Shown here piece after piece: positions 1 to 12,788 of a stretch of 64,000 nt of DNA (within the stretch, counting starts at the first letter, position 1; each line of letters starts with the position of its first letter). The position numbers and the translations under genes were made by a program. Location of the stretch: NCBI RefSeq assembly GCF_009914755.1, contig NC_060944.1; one strand, written 5' to 3'. This stretch comes from the human T2T-CHM13v2.0 reference genome, Homo sapiens. The notes beneath the pieces were generated by a model. The model was not told where the DNA came from. It was given only the letters and a program-made list of their open reading frames with translations, and searched no databases.

Positions 1-639
1 CCTCTGTGAATCAGTACTCGTGTTAAGTATTTCCTACCTATGCTAGAAGAAAGTTGCAAACCCTTGGCCCAGTGAGCAAGGAAGCAAGTTCAGATAATGA
101 GACAAGTGGTATGCAAGCAATGAATGTCAAGTCAAATTTTCTTAGAAGAGTAGAAGGTGTTGACCTCATGGTCCAAGATTTAGGTCTTCATACAATCATC
201 CACTTACTAATTTACCTTCAAACATGTTTGTTGTGTACCTACCTCAGGTTCTTTAAGTTTTGGATACTCAAGTCTGTCTCTTAGAATGTAGGGAACAAGA
301 AAGCAAAGAAAAGTGAACCATTGTCAAGGCATTTAACTGTAGTACCTGCAGCTATCTCCTGGATGAGTTGCCAACACTCTCAGTTGTCTCACTGTTCTGG
401 AGGAGCAATCCCAGGCAGGATGCCTCCAGCTGGTATTCACCACCCACCATTACACAGTCCTTGGCTCCTCTAGCCTCTTGCCATAACATAGCTTCAAGAC
501 CATTCTATTCAGGGGGTTGACTGCCTTGAGTTTATGATCCTATCTCCATAAAGAAATCAGAAAAATTTGGCCCATAATCCTCCTACCAGACCCTGCTGAT
601 GCCTTGCCCACATCCTCCAAGCACACACCTCTGTTCATA

Positions 640-1025
640 AAAGGCTGTTTGCAGTGAAGAATCATGTAATTCTCTGCCTTGCGGCAGGGATAGCCAGAAC
701 GCTGAAGTTTTAATGGCCTTGCAAGCAGTCATCAAGAATGGATGAGGATGGATGAGTGGATACCCCAGCTTCTTTGGCCCTAGGTTGGGATAACTCCAAG
801 GTGTGTGTTCTGCATTGTCTCCCAGAGTTCCCCAGCTGAATCAATCTCTAATTGCTCATGTGATAACTCACCTGATACTTATCAACCACTTTACTGGCTA
901 TCTGCTTTTCTCTGTCTCTTTCCCACCTTTCCTACTTGTTTTTTTCTGGAATCTCTTCTCAAATAAACTACTTGCCCAGAAAACCTTGTCTCACGGTCTG
1001 CTCTTCAGAGAGTCCTACTAAGGCA
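640..1025 (+). mobile_element. ERVL-class solo LTR remnant (LTR33/LTR16-like)
   Basis: 3' end 'CAAATAAACTACTTGCCCAGAAAACCTTGTCTCACGGTCTGCTC...CTAAGGCA' resembles the LTR16/LTR33 poly(A)/U5 region; 5' boundary uncertain. Confidence 0.55.
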
Positions 1026-1339
1026 ACACCTTCACAAGATTCAGGCCAGCTCCTAAGCATCTTCCCCAAAACACTGCTACAGAGAAATGTGCTGCCTTCC
1101 ATCTGCTTCAAAGCATTTTTTGGATCCATCATTATTCAGTGAAATGCCCCTTGGCATTCTTTGGTGCTGAGCAAGAAGCTGCATGCAAAGCAATACCAAA
1201 ACGATTGCCTAAACCTACTGCCCTTCACCATGAAACTTAGCCTTTGTCCTCAAGCATCACTACACCCTCCCCAAACAAGGGTTGGAGAAATGAAAGTTTA
1301 TAGTAAAAGGCAATGTTCTGCCTCCCACAAAATTGCACA

Positions 1340-1530
1340 CTAAAGGGTAGCATGGACATGCTGTGGAAAGAGAATTCAATCAGGAGTCTTGATTAAGACT
1401 TCTCTGAGTTTTAGTCTATGGATAAGCAAAATGGACATCACGATGCTTGCCTTACTGATTCCACAGGGTGGTTGGGAATATCAACGAGGATAATGTTCAT
1501 TAAATTGCCTTGTAAATCTTCCATACCACT
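1340..1530 (+). mobile_element. MIR SINE remnant
   Basis: Degenerate MIR core 'CTTCTCTGAGTTTTAGT...AAAATGG...CACAGGGTGGTTGGGAATATCAACGAGGATAATG'. Confidence 0.4.
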
Positions 1531-2032
1531 AAGATGATGATTAAGGTGAAAGGAAACAAAATCAGCACCATCAGGGTCAGAAACAGGCCTCTCTTGCTAC
1601 TTTTAATTAGAAAATTCACTTATCACATGCATGTGCATAGGTTGTACTCACTGGACTTCATCTTAGGTTTAAGTAAATTAATTTCACATCAACTATGTTT
1701 CATACCTTTGTCAGGTCTACCAATAAACTGCCCAAGTATCTCCATGTTCCCAGTTGTAGCAGTGGGGGTACTGAATTTTTCACCATTAAAATTCAGTCTC
1801 TGACCATTACCCAAAAGTCATCAAGGTCAAGGGCATTAATACTGTTTTCTCTATTGTTCATGTGCAGAAAATAGGAATACTTCCCCAAATGTTACTATGA
1901 GCCCAAACGACTTTTACGCTCCACAGTTCTATCTTACTGTTACCTATTGTTATCATTTTTGCCAGTACTGTTAATGATAATAAGGGAAACCAGGCAAAAT
2001 ATTCAAGGAATATGGTGGAGGCTATGAACTTC

Positions 2033-2538
2033 TGTCATCAGTTAGCTACTACTATGTAACAAACTGCCCCAAAACACAGTGTCTTAAAATAATAAATATT
2101 TATTTAGCTTGCAATTCTGCAGTTTGGCATTTGGGGATAAGCTTGGCTGGCAGTTCTTCCAGTCTCTGCTGGGCTCCTCATGTGACTGTGGTCAGCTACA
2201 GCCCACTGGGTAGCTCAGCTTCTGGGAGCTGGCCAGCTATTGGCTGAGGCTCCTTCTCTATGAAGTCTCTCATTCTCCAGCAGGGAGCCAAGGTTTGTTC
2301 TCATGACAAAGTCAGGAGTCCAAAAAAAGAGATTGGAAGCATGCAACTTATCTTGAGGGCTAAGATTTTCACCTCTGCCACATCCTATTGGCCAAAGCAA
2401 GTCACAAGACCTGTCCAGATCCAAGAAATAGAGAAATATGCTCTGCCTCTTGTTGAAAAATTCTTCAGTCTCATTGCAAAGAGTGTGCATACAGAGATTG
2501 GTGAATAGTATGCCTGTCTTTGCAATCAATCTACTACA
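2033..2538 (-). mobile_element. MaLR LTR (MLT1H-like)
   Basis: Begins 'TGTCATCAGTTAGCTACTACTATGTAACAAACTGCCCCAAAAC', contains 'CTATTGGCCAAAGCAAGTCAC', ends 'AATCTACTACA'. Confidence 0.7.
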
Positions 2539-3689
2539 ACCTCAAAGAGGTGTATGGAATTCTTCTCTCCTCTTTGACCCTAGACACTTATGAAAACAAA
2601 AAGTTAAGGTGAACTCTCTGTGTTTGTTAGAGTGGGCACATGCCAGTATCCTTCCCCTTTAATGGTATTCAAAAGAAAAATCACGGGGCTCAGTGGTCCA
2701 GCAGCCCAACGGAGGATTTGAGAACCATGAGCAGAGTGATTGTAGGTAGGGCTGAGGGTGGCTGCTGACAGCCTCTTGATAAGACTGACCTTAATCCTGA
2801 AACAACAAAACTAATCCCTCCTATTCAAAGCAATAGGGTTTCAGCCACATCATTAACCCCTAAATACCCAGAACTTGAAAGAAAACATTTCAAAATGTAC
2901 AAATAAAACTGGATCCTCAATTAGCACTTGACAAATACCCTTATTCTGGACAATTCTGTGTTTATTTTCCTTTCTATCTTTTATTTGTTGCTATTTTGTG
3001 GAAATTTGCGCTGAAATTTAGGGAGGAAAGGGGTCTTTCTTTTATTTTCCTTTCCTCCCCACCTTTTCTGTACAAAAATACAGTGTTCTCTTTACTAAGG
3101 GGACAAAAAGGACTGATTACTCAGGGTTGAAAAAGAAATTATGTGTGTCAGAGACAACTTAAGTATACACAAGATATATCCTGGGTGTCTGGGGGTGTGG
3201 GGTGTGGGAAGTGGCTGCTATCTTCCGAGGAACTGTTGTACTTCTTTAAAGGAACCGTGACAACTGCCAGTTTAGGAAAGATGAGGCAAGTGCTAATGGT
3301 ATGTGTTTTTAAACATCCAGAGGCTGTGGAGATAGAAAGCCCTAGAGACCTAAATCTGTACTTTCATTTGTTATTAAAGGCAAAACTCCAAACTAGACCA
3401 AACAGACTCTCCAAGGGGCTAGAGCTTTTATACCACTCCACTAAAAATTCACTTTGTTTTCAATGCAGATTGATTTGACCACGACAATGCCCTATTTAAA
3501 TTTCTACTCTCAGGGCTTTCATTTATATACATTAAATGCAAATAACCTACTCAGCGCTGAAAATAATTAACAGTTCTTTAGTCAAGATAGCTCTTCCAAC
3601 TATCTCAACATAATTTTATTCCAGAGCAATGATTTCAAACCAAGAAGAAACTTTGGAGTACCTTGGAAGTGCTTTTCTCAAGTTAGGGG

Positions 3690-4270
3690 ATGTTACAGGT
3701 TGCTTCCTTAGGAAACAAAGCCTGAAATAGAGGAATAAGTTTAAGTAGTTTATCTGGAACTGTGACTCCAGGGAGCAGGAATGAGGGATGAAAAAGTGAA
3801 TGGTGAAAAAAGTCATTGGAAAGCCAATGGAGGCATGAGTTATGGAGTTAGCCACCTGCACGTTTGATTCTGTGAGACAGCTGGGAAGCCTAGGAAATGC
3901 ATATTAGGACCATCTGCCTGGGACAAGAAAGGGAGCTGCATTTGCCCCTCAACTCCCAACTCTTTCTGGTCAAGGATTGCCACACTTTGTTTTCCACAAT
4001 TATCAATTTGATTGTGACAATGGCCCACGTAAATTTCTACTCTCAGAACCTTCATTTATATACCTTAAAGATTACCACAGGGCAGGGTGTTTACTTCCCT
4101 GTTCTGGGTTGTGTGCATGGATGACAACGGGTTATTTGCAAGAATGTCCTGCACCAGAGGACTAGAAAAATTCCAGGGCAGAAGGGAGGGGTGGGGCTGC
4201 AGTGGGGACAGTCAGCTCACACTTCCGTAAGGCTGGTTGGACCCTGTATGAAACTGATTGCCACTGTTGT
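3690..4270 (-). mobile_element. ERVL LTR remnant (LTR16/LTR33-like) carrying an 87-bp templated insertion
   Basis: 'CAGGTTGCTTCCTTAGGAAACAAAGCCTGA...AAGTAGTTTATCTGG' is the antisense LTR16/33 3' end; interrupted at 3985-4066. Confidence 0.5.
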
Positions 4271-4845
4271 GGGTCGAATAAGAGACAGGGACAAGAAAAT
4301 TAGAAGGCGTGTTTAAGAAGCATCTACTGTGGGAGGGAAAAGAGGGAGAGACCACACAAGCAGGGCACCTACCCAGGGTACTGCATCTCATTGTTCAGGT
4401 TGCATACAGTAACAGCAGCTCCACATTCGCCTGTTCCATATATAGGGTTTCATCGAAGATTTTGTTTGAAAGCATTCACTGTTAAAAAAGAAGAGGCAAA
4501 AAAAAAGAGAGAGAGAGAGAGAAAGAAATCTTTAAAAGCCTCTGTTCTAGAATAATTTAGAGGACAAATAAGATGAACTCAAGAGTAGATGGAAATATTA
4601 ATATATAAATATTCTAAATATTGGTAGTAGATCTAAGGTTTTGGATGACAGATAATAATATCAGGAAAGGTGTTTTTTGGTTTGTTTTTGGTTTTGTTTC
4701 TTTTAATCCTAAAGACCCAGAGGCAATGAACCAGATAGTTTAGCATGAAGAGGAAGAAAAGGAAAAGGAACACCAAAGAAGATAGAGTCAAGCAATTTTG
4801 ACAAAATGGTAACACGGAAGAGAATGAGGAGAACTGCCATTATTA

Positions 4846-5103
<258 letters not shown>

Positions 5104-5698
5104 TTAAATAACAATGGTTTCTGAAGGATTGGAGGACAGAGGCTGTTTACAAACTCAGCTCTCCCTTGCCTCTTCAGGCTATTTCTAGTTCATCTTCCCG
5201 AAATAACCTGTTCCTTGTTTGCTCTCTCTTTCTTTATTCTCACAGCCATCACCAAGTTGCCCTTGAGTACACCCTCCTACACCACAAAGCTGTTCTCATC
5301 CTGGGTCTCAGCTCATCCAACACTGCTCCAAAGTTCAGCAATCTTAAACTCCATATATGTCATTCTCTAACCAAAATAGTCATACCTTCACTCTCTCATG
5401 TTCTTTCTTATGTCTTTGCACTTGCCCTTCAAACTAACCTAAACTTCTAATGTCTGCTTCTAAGTTTTCTCTCAATGACCCCAATTTCCAATCCTGCCAA
5501 GAGCTCCAGTGTGTGACAGCCTCCACTCTTGGGTCACATCTTCCCTGTTTTGCCCTTCAATCCTGGACTATAAATCCCAAACTCTGGATCAATAGAGTTC
5601 TCTGCCTGACCCCTCCTTAGGCCTGGGGTCCTTGGGAACACAGGAAAATCCTGGACTGGTACCACGGAAAATGTATGATCCCATTGAAGTTCTCACGC

Positions 5699-5713
5699 CC
5701 AGCAGGTGGCAGT
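5699..5713 (+). promoter_or_regulatory. Candidate CTCF site (consensus core)
   Basis: CCAGCAGGTGGCAGT matches the CTCF core CCASYAGRKGGCRSY; motif match only, binding unknown. Confidence 0.45.
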
Positions 5714-5820
5714 GTAAACTGGTATAACCACTTTAGAAAACCATTTGGCTGTATGTACTAAAGCTGTATGCATACACTGACTTGGCAATTCCATTCTTAA
5801 GTATCTATTAAACAGAAATA

Positions 5821-6059
5821 CAGTGGTCCTTTTGTATAGGCAAGGGATTAGTTCTAGGACTTCTGCTTCTACCCAAATCTGTGTATACTCAAGTCTTGAA
5901 GTCAGTCCTGTGAAACCTGAGTATAGAAAAAGCCAGCCCTTTGTATCCTTGAGCTTTGCATCATATGAACACTGTATTTTCCATCCCCATTTGGTTGAAA
6001 ATAATCCACATGTAAGTGGATCTGTGCAGTTCAAACCCAGGTTGTTCAAGGGTCAACTG
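5821..6059. mobile_element. MER8 (Tigger-derived MITE)
   Basis: CAGT...ACTG termini, ends 'GTTCAAACCCAGGTTGTTCAAGGGTCAACTG', TA TSD at 5819-20 and 6060-61. Confidence 0.85.
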
Positions 6060-6725
6060 TATATACTTTTGTTCACCCAAAGACAGGTACTAGAATGTTT
6101 GTAGCTCAAACTGGCATTTATCCACATGCCCATCAACAATAGAATGAAGACATAAATTTTGGTTGTTTTCACATAGAACACCTACAGTAAAGAGAATAAG
6201 TAAACTACAACTACATGCTGAAGCAACATACGTAAGTCTTATTATCTCAATATAGGATGGAAGAAGCCAAATACAAAAGAGAGCACGTTGTTCCATTCCA
6301 TGTGTATAAAGTTCAGAAACAGGATAAATGAGTCCATAGTGTTAGAAGCTAGAATAGTGGTAATCCTTGGGGGAAATGGTTAGTGACTAAAGATGCAAGG
6401 GAAGCTTCTGGGATGCTAGTAATCCTGCTTCTTGATATAGGCGCTGGTTACATGGGCGTGTTCAGTTAGTGAAAGTTTACTGATCTGTGTAATATGTTAC
6501 ATGTGCACTTTTCTGTATGTATATCTCAACAAGGAAGTTCAAAATAGTTACCAAAATGACAAATATATATATATAGGCATAGGTTACATAATTGCTTCCC
6601 AATGTGAAAAATGCTCCCTGCAGTAGTACAGCACCACGGTCTGCAATTATAAGGCATAAACCACTTTCATTTCCTGTCCCTCCAGTTTCAAAATGTCCCT
6701 TCCCATCTATGCTGTACTGCCTTCC

Positions 6726-7200
6726 TGTATCAGTCAGGCTCTTAGAATGCCTGGGTAATGTAACAGGACTTTAATAACAGCGACTCTTTATAAAGGTGTG
6801 GGCAGGTTTAGAGAAACCAAGGAGGAGAGTGCAGTCCCTTGGGACTAGCAACAGTGGGGGCCCTTCCCATCCCTAGTCCCAAAGAGGCAAGGAAAGGGAG
6901 CTGTTTCCCTGAGCCTAGAAAAGGTAGTTTTCCATGGAGAGGACACCGTCTGGCTGGAGCTGTGGCCTTTGGTGAAGGGATGGAGCCAACCTAGGGCAAC
7001 GTGGAGAGAGAAAACTGAAAATAAATACCAGTATCCCTCTACTCCTGCCGTCTGATTTCTTGCCTTTCTGATGGCTCCCAAGGGCCAAAGCCTACCAGAA
7101 GCTAGTGGATGGGAGTCAGTAATGAGGTCCACACAAATTGGCACTTCCAAGACCCAGAACAGGGTGGAAAAGGGTAGAGTGTTGGTTTGGAGCAATGAGT
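6726..7200 (-). mobile_element. ERVL LTR (LTR50/LTR41-like)
   Basis: Starts 'TGTATCAGTCAGG'; internal 'GGAGCTGTGGCCTTTGGTGAAGGGATGGAGCC' and 'AATAAATACC' resemble recalled LTR50/LTR41 consensus. Confidence 0.5.
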
Positions 7201-7834
7201 GAGGGCTTCAAACACATTCCCTCTCCATAGGTATCTTTCTCCAGTCACACTGACTCTACTGAGGCTGTTGTAGCTGCATGAAACAGTCTTACTAAACGTC
7301 CCTCAAGCAAAAGGAAGCTTGTGGTGAAGGTCACACAGAAGAATTGAAATTAGAGAGTCATGGAGTCTTCTCTTCCTCTTGCTTAACGGCTATGTGGTAC
7401 TTCCACTTCTATCTGTTTGTCTTTATATTCTCACCAGTTTGGCTACCTCATAATGTTGGCTAAAGAGAACCAACCATGTTTTCTCCATTTACTTTTTTCA
7501 TCTCAACCTTTCAGCTTCTGCTTTCATTGCTTTTCTCCCTCATTCTTGAGATGTTTTCTACTGAAATTCCCACAGAAAGGAATCCAGTTAGTTCCCCCGC
7601 TTAGGTTCACAACAGGCAACATCATAGGTTGCTGAGCAGCCTATGTTTGGATTGGCTGAGCTCAGTCATGTGCTCACCTTTGGTCCAATGAGCTATTGAT
7701 GGAGAAGTTGGTCATGTGACACAAAACATGGCTACCTAAGTAGCAGGAGCTGTAGTTGGGAGAATGGGTGCAGTGAGTGAGTACCTGTTGATATGTACGT
7801 AATCGTCTTAAATCACTAGTGTCTAAAATATTTC

Positions 7835-8330
7835 CTTTTTGGTTTAGATGCTCTCAAAACAGAGACTGACATATGCTCTTGGATTCAGGTAGTTTATTTA
7901 AGAGGTGATCTCAGAGAGCCAGAGTAAGAGATCTTTTAAGAAAGAAAGGCCACCGTAAGCATTGTTGTCAAGGTCACCACTCTGGGCAATGGGGCTCAAT
8001 TCCATGGGACCTCTGAGAAGTGTACAGAATGCCTCTCAGTATTGGCCACCCAAAAGATGGGTGGCAGGAGCATTTATTAATCAGCTTTCATCCCTGTACC
8101 TAAAGGGTTATTTCTAGAGGTATTAATTTCCCCACACTGCCACGCTTGCATCCACAGGGTCGAGCAAACTCTCATTGATGCCCATAGCATTGAAGAAGCC
8201 CTGAGACAAAAAGGAAAACCCAAGGTACACACTAAAGGCAAGATGCCTCCTGCTTGAAGTGAGTCAAAGCCTGCACAGAATTGTCTACCCATCCATGGCT
8301 AAAGTCAGTGCTAAGACCAAGAAACCATGG
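7835..8330 (-). mobile_element. ERVL LTR remnant (LTR16/LTR40-like)
   Basis: 'CAAAACAGAGACTGAC...CAGGTAGTTTATTTAAGAGGTGATCTCAG' antisense 3' LTR motif. Confidence 0.45.
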
Positions 8331-8429
8331 ATAGTTCAAATATCATGCAGCAGTTAATAACCATTGTGGTTTTCATTTCTTGACTCTCAGTTTTCCTGTC
8401 CATTCTCTACAGTCTATCTTCCATCCTTC

Positions 8430-9500
8430 TTGACCTTTATGAAACCCTCACTCAGGTCACCATAAAATTCATCATACTTTCTGGGCACAAAACAAAGAAG
8501 TAAAATTTTTCAATCCTCAGCTACTCTAGTCTCCTGGGATATTTGATATTGTTAACCTCCAACTTAAAAAAAAACTCTTTCATCTGTTTTTGCAAAACTG
8601 CTTTCCCCTGGGTCGTCTCTGGCTGCTCTTTGTCAATCTCCTTCGGTTTTTCTTCCTCTGCACATATTTTAGGTGTCTGCATTTCCCTAAGATACTAAAT
8701 TGGGTTTGCTTCTCAAAGTATACAAACCCAACCTTGCCTATAATAGCTTCAGCTACTACCTTTATGCAAATGATTCCCAAACCTAGATGCCTGCTGCAGG
8801 CTCCTCTTCTGAGGCCCAAAACCACATTTCTGCCTGCCTACTAAACACCTCCTTCTAGCTCACCCACAGGCACTTCAAACTCATCATGAACCACCATGAC
8901 ATGCTCACCACCGCCCCCTTCTAAACTTCTCTGCCTTGGGACTGAAGCCAGGAACCACCCCCTCATTAAATCAGTCACCGCGTCTTGTCTATGCCACCTC
9001 CGAATATCTCTTTCCTCTGCCCCCTCCTTTCCCATGGCCATATCTGGGAGAGCACACACTCAGTATGAGCCTACCCAGTTCCTGCTTGGGTCTCACTTCA
9101 CCCTTCATACCACTCCCAGACCATGGTTAAAAAACCATCAGTCTGATCAGTTTATGCCTCTTCAATCCTCCAATAGTTACCTTTAAGATGAAGTGAAAAT
9201 TCTAGCACTATGTATGAAGCTATTCCTGATCCGGTGGCTGCCACCAATTAGGACTCATCCATTACTATTGCTCTCCAATTTACTAAGATAGTTGCAGTAT
9301 CTGAAAGGATGTGCTTTTCCCACCCCACCTTGGCAAATACCTGCTCATCTTGGGGACTTTATTCAGGCAACTGAAGTGTTCAACTTCCCAAGGCAGATTT
9401 AAACACTCCCATTTCACTCTTCTCAGAGCACCCTATACAATCTTCAAGTATAATATTTATTATATGTTGCTTTGCAAATTTTTTCATTATGTTTGTCTCT
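8430..9500 (-). mobile_element. L2 LINE remnant
   Basis: Pyrimidine-rich antisense L2 motifs such as 'CAGGCACTTCAAACTCATCATG' and 'ATGCAAATGATTCCCAAA'. Confidence 0.5.
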
Positions 9501-9519
9501 TTTATGACACTGTAAACTT

Positions 9520-9760
9520 GTGTCTGTTCCTATTGCTGCATAACAAGTAATCATGAAATCTCAGTGGCCTACAACAATAAGTATTAATGTCTCACACTTC
9601 TTCAGTATATATCTGAGCTGGGCTCAGCTAAGCAGTTCTACCCGTCTCTGCTGGAATCATTTATGCACCTATGGGTCAGCTGAGTTTCTGTCTAGGCTGG
9701 GCTAGGTTTGGGCAGCTTAGCTGGGTTAGCTCTGCATCATTCATCTCTCATCCTTGAAGG
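9520..9760 (-). mobile_element. MLT1 LTR fragment
   Basis: 'CTATTGCTGCATAACAAGTAATCATGAAATCTCAGTGGCCTACAACAATAAG'. Confidence 0.5.
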
Positions 9761-10099
9761 CAGGGATTTTTGTCTCATTCCTCATAGTGTTGAATTGTTG
9801 AATCAAAGAGCCCAATGAGATAGCTAGTTAACAATGTATATATTAAACAGAAAATTCTAAGTTAAATTGTGTCCCCCACATTTTCCAAACTCTTCCCTCA
9901 TCCATGCCTACGAAAGCAGAATACCCTCTCACTCATCTTCATAAATATGACTTTTTCACTATTTCAATGAGTGTGATATATAAGACTTCCATGTTTTTTG
10001 CAACCTCCCAGCAGAACATTCAAATACCAGGTGGTATTTTTATCCACAGGGTAACAATGACTTGTTTGCCTTGTGTGAAGCTATTTGAAAAAAAGACAG

Positions 10100-10608
10100 T
10101 TGGGTGGTTTAAAATATGTCTACAAATTATTCAACACTCCCTTCAAAAGGTGAGGCCTAATTCTCTTCCCCTCAGGTATGAGCTTAGTGACTCACTTCTA
10201 TGGACTAGAATAAGGCAGAGGTGACAATGTGTAACTTCTGAAACTAGGTTATCAGAGGCCTGTGGCTTCCTCCTTTCTTTCTCTTGGATCACTTACATTG
10301 GAAGAAGCCAAGTTGTTGTGTCATACAAATAACTCAAGCAACCCTCTAAGGAGGTCTATGTGACAAGGAACTGAGGACTTCAGCCAATAGCCATGTGATC
10401 TGCTTCTAGGAAGCAGATCCTCCAGCCCCTTCTGAAGATGGCAGCCCCAACCAACATATTGACTGCAGTCTCATCAGAGACCCTGAGCCAAAACCACCCA
10501 GCTATGCTGCTCTTGCATCCTGATTCTCAGAAACTTTGTGAGGTCACAAATGTTTGTTGTTTGGGGCTGCTGAGTTTGGGGATAATTTGTACGTAGCAAT
10601 AGATAACT
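10100..10608 (+). mobile_element. MaLR LTR (MLT1F-like)
   Basis: 'GGTTTAAAATATGTCTACAAATTATTCAACACTCC...GAGACCCTGAGCCAAAACCACCCAGCT...GCAATAGATAAC'. Confidence 0.75.
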
Positions 10609-11792
10609 TTCAGCCACTTTGTGAACAAGCTATTAAACCCTCCCCTAAAGCCCAGCTTTCGTAATTACAACATTGTGGTGGCTTCTAAACAGCACAAAGG
10701 GTAGAAAATAGGCTGTCACCACCACCTCCATGTTAGAATCCCTCTATCTGTTGTCTAAAAAAATAACAAAGCAATTACCTACCTTCATTTGAGGCTAATA
10801 AAAAACGTCAGATTTTAGGAGGGAGTGTCAAAGTTGACTGCAAATGTTGGCCAGGAATTGTGTGTGTCAGAGGAAGAATTGAAAAGACTCAAGATCATCC
10901 CTTTGACTGAAGCCCAATCTTTAATTTTCAAATGCTACATTCAGCCTCTACCTCCTCAGAGAAACCAGATTATTAGACCACTAACCTGACATCTAGTTTA
11001 TTGAAATGTCACTTGGTCTGTGCTCTGCACCTTGGCCCTAAGAAATAAAACACTGCAGGCCAAATCCTGGTCTAGCCCGAGGGTGATAATGAGGGAAATC
11101 ATGCGGCTCCTAAAAATAATGACAAAAGGGAGCAGCATCAGAGGTGGTGAGTCACTGTTGTTTGGGAGGCAGGATAAGGAGAGCAGAGAGAGGAGGAGAT
11201 TGTAAAAAAAGATGAGCAGAAAATAAACATGGGTGCTGCAGACATGAAACTGAAGGGAGCACCCCAGGCCCCCGGCCCCAAAAAGCTCTAGAGCAGGTTG
11301 AGCTGGAGGGCTGGACAGTCAGGGAGAAAGCTGCCCACTCCTGGCTTAGCCTGGGGAGCTGCCACCCACCCATGTAGGGTGATTTGTCAGGTCCCCAAAT
11401 CTCTCCTTTAACCACTGGACCATAACATCTATGTCCCCATGATGGCAGAAAACAAATACAGAAAAGACACTTTTACCTGGCATGATGCCAAGCCCGGGGG
11501 CTAGGAAAATGAATAGGACCCTGGGGATTTAGAATTTAACAAGGAGATTGACCTAGGAAGAGTCATATACAAAAGAATGGAGCAAAAGCAATGACAGAGG
11601 ATCGCATAAGGAATTATGGGAGACAGAGGAGGGCTGTCTATTCAGACCCAAGCCTGGAGGTGGTGAAAGGAGAAATCTGGGAGGCTACCTGGAGGAGGCA
11701 GCATATGAGCTACAAAGAATTATGCTGATGAAATATGTGTTGTGGGAGAGAGTGGGGGTCCTGAGTAATTCCAGGAAGAGGTAAATCACAAC

Positions 11793-12570
11793 CGTATTAG
11801 TTTCCTATGGCTGCTGTAACAAATTCCCACAAAACAGGTGGCTTAAAACAAAAGACATTTAGTCTCTTGCTGTTCTAGACACCAGAAATCTGAAATTAAG
11901 GTGCTGATAGAGTCACGCTCCCTAAAGAGGCTAGGGTCTAGGGGATAATCCATTCTTGCCTCTTCCAACTTCAGGTAGCTGCCAGCAGTCCCTGACTTGT
12001 GGCCGTACCATTCCAATCTCTGTCTCCCTCTTCCCCTCACCTCTTCTATGTGTCAGCTTTCCCACTGCCTCTGTCTTTTTTTGCTGTTGTTTAGTTTTGT
12101 TTTGAGACAGAGTCTCACTCTGTTTCCCAGGCTGGAGTGCAGTAGCGTGATCCCTCCCAGCTCACTGCAACATCTGCCTCCCGGGTTCAAGCAATTCTCA
12201 TGCCTCAGCCTCCCAAGTAGCTGGGATTACAGGTGTGCACTACCACGTTCAGCTAATTTTTGTAATTTTAGCAGAGGCTGGGTTTTGCTATGTTGACCAG
12301 GCTGGTCTTGAACTGACCTCAAGTGATCCGCCCACCTTGGCCTCCCAAAATGCTGGGATTACTGCAGTGAGCCACTGTGTCCGGCCCTGCTTCTATCTTA
12401 CAAACACATTAGGATTGCATTTAGGGCCCAGATAATCCAAGAACATCTCTCCATCTGAAGATCATTTACAATGACATCTTAAAGGACCCATTTTTCCTGT
12501 GAAGTAACATTAACAGTTTCCACGGATTGGGACCTAGTATCTTGTGGTGGCCATTATTCAGCACAGTAGA
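11793..12570 (-). mobile_element. MaLR LTR (MLT1C-like) interrupted by an Alu
   Basis: 'GTATTAGTTTCCTATGGCTGCTGTAACAAATT' start; resumes after the Alu with 'GGATTGCATTTAGGGCCC'. Confidence 0.8.
12078..12386 (-). mobile_element. Alu (AluS)
   Basis: Full antisense dimer; TSD CTGCCTCTGTCTT (12065-77) / CTGCTTCTATCTT (12387-99). Confidence 0.95.
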
Positions 12571-12788
12571 ACAAGCTAAGACACAGACATGCAGATGCCC
12601 TGGTGAGTGGACATTTTGACTTTCCTCAAGCTTAAGTAGAGGTGAGAGATGAGGTGGGCTGATCACCAAAACATGAAGAATCTTACAAACCAGGATGGGG
12701 AATTTGGACTTTACCTGGAGGGCAATAGAGCATCCTTACAGATTTTAAGTGAGAGTGAAGGGGCCAGCCTCTCTTGACTAGAGATTCC

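Larger units (their letters stand above)
5660..6545 (+). mobile_element. Ancient L1 (L1ME-like) 3' end, split by MER8
   Basis: 'GTGTAAACTGGTATAACCACTTTAGAAAAC...GCAATTCCATTCTTAAGTAT' and 'GTGCACTTTTCTGTATGT' are typical L1M 3' segments. Confidence 0.7.
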
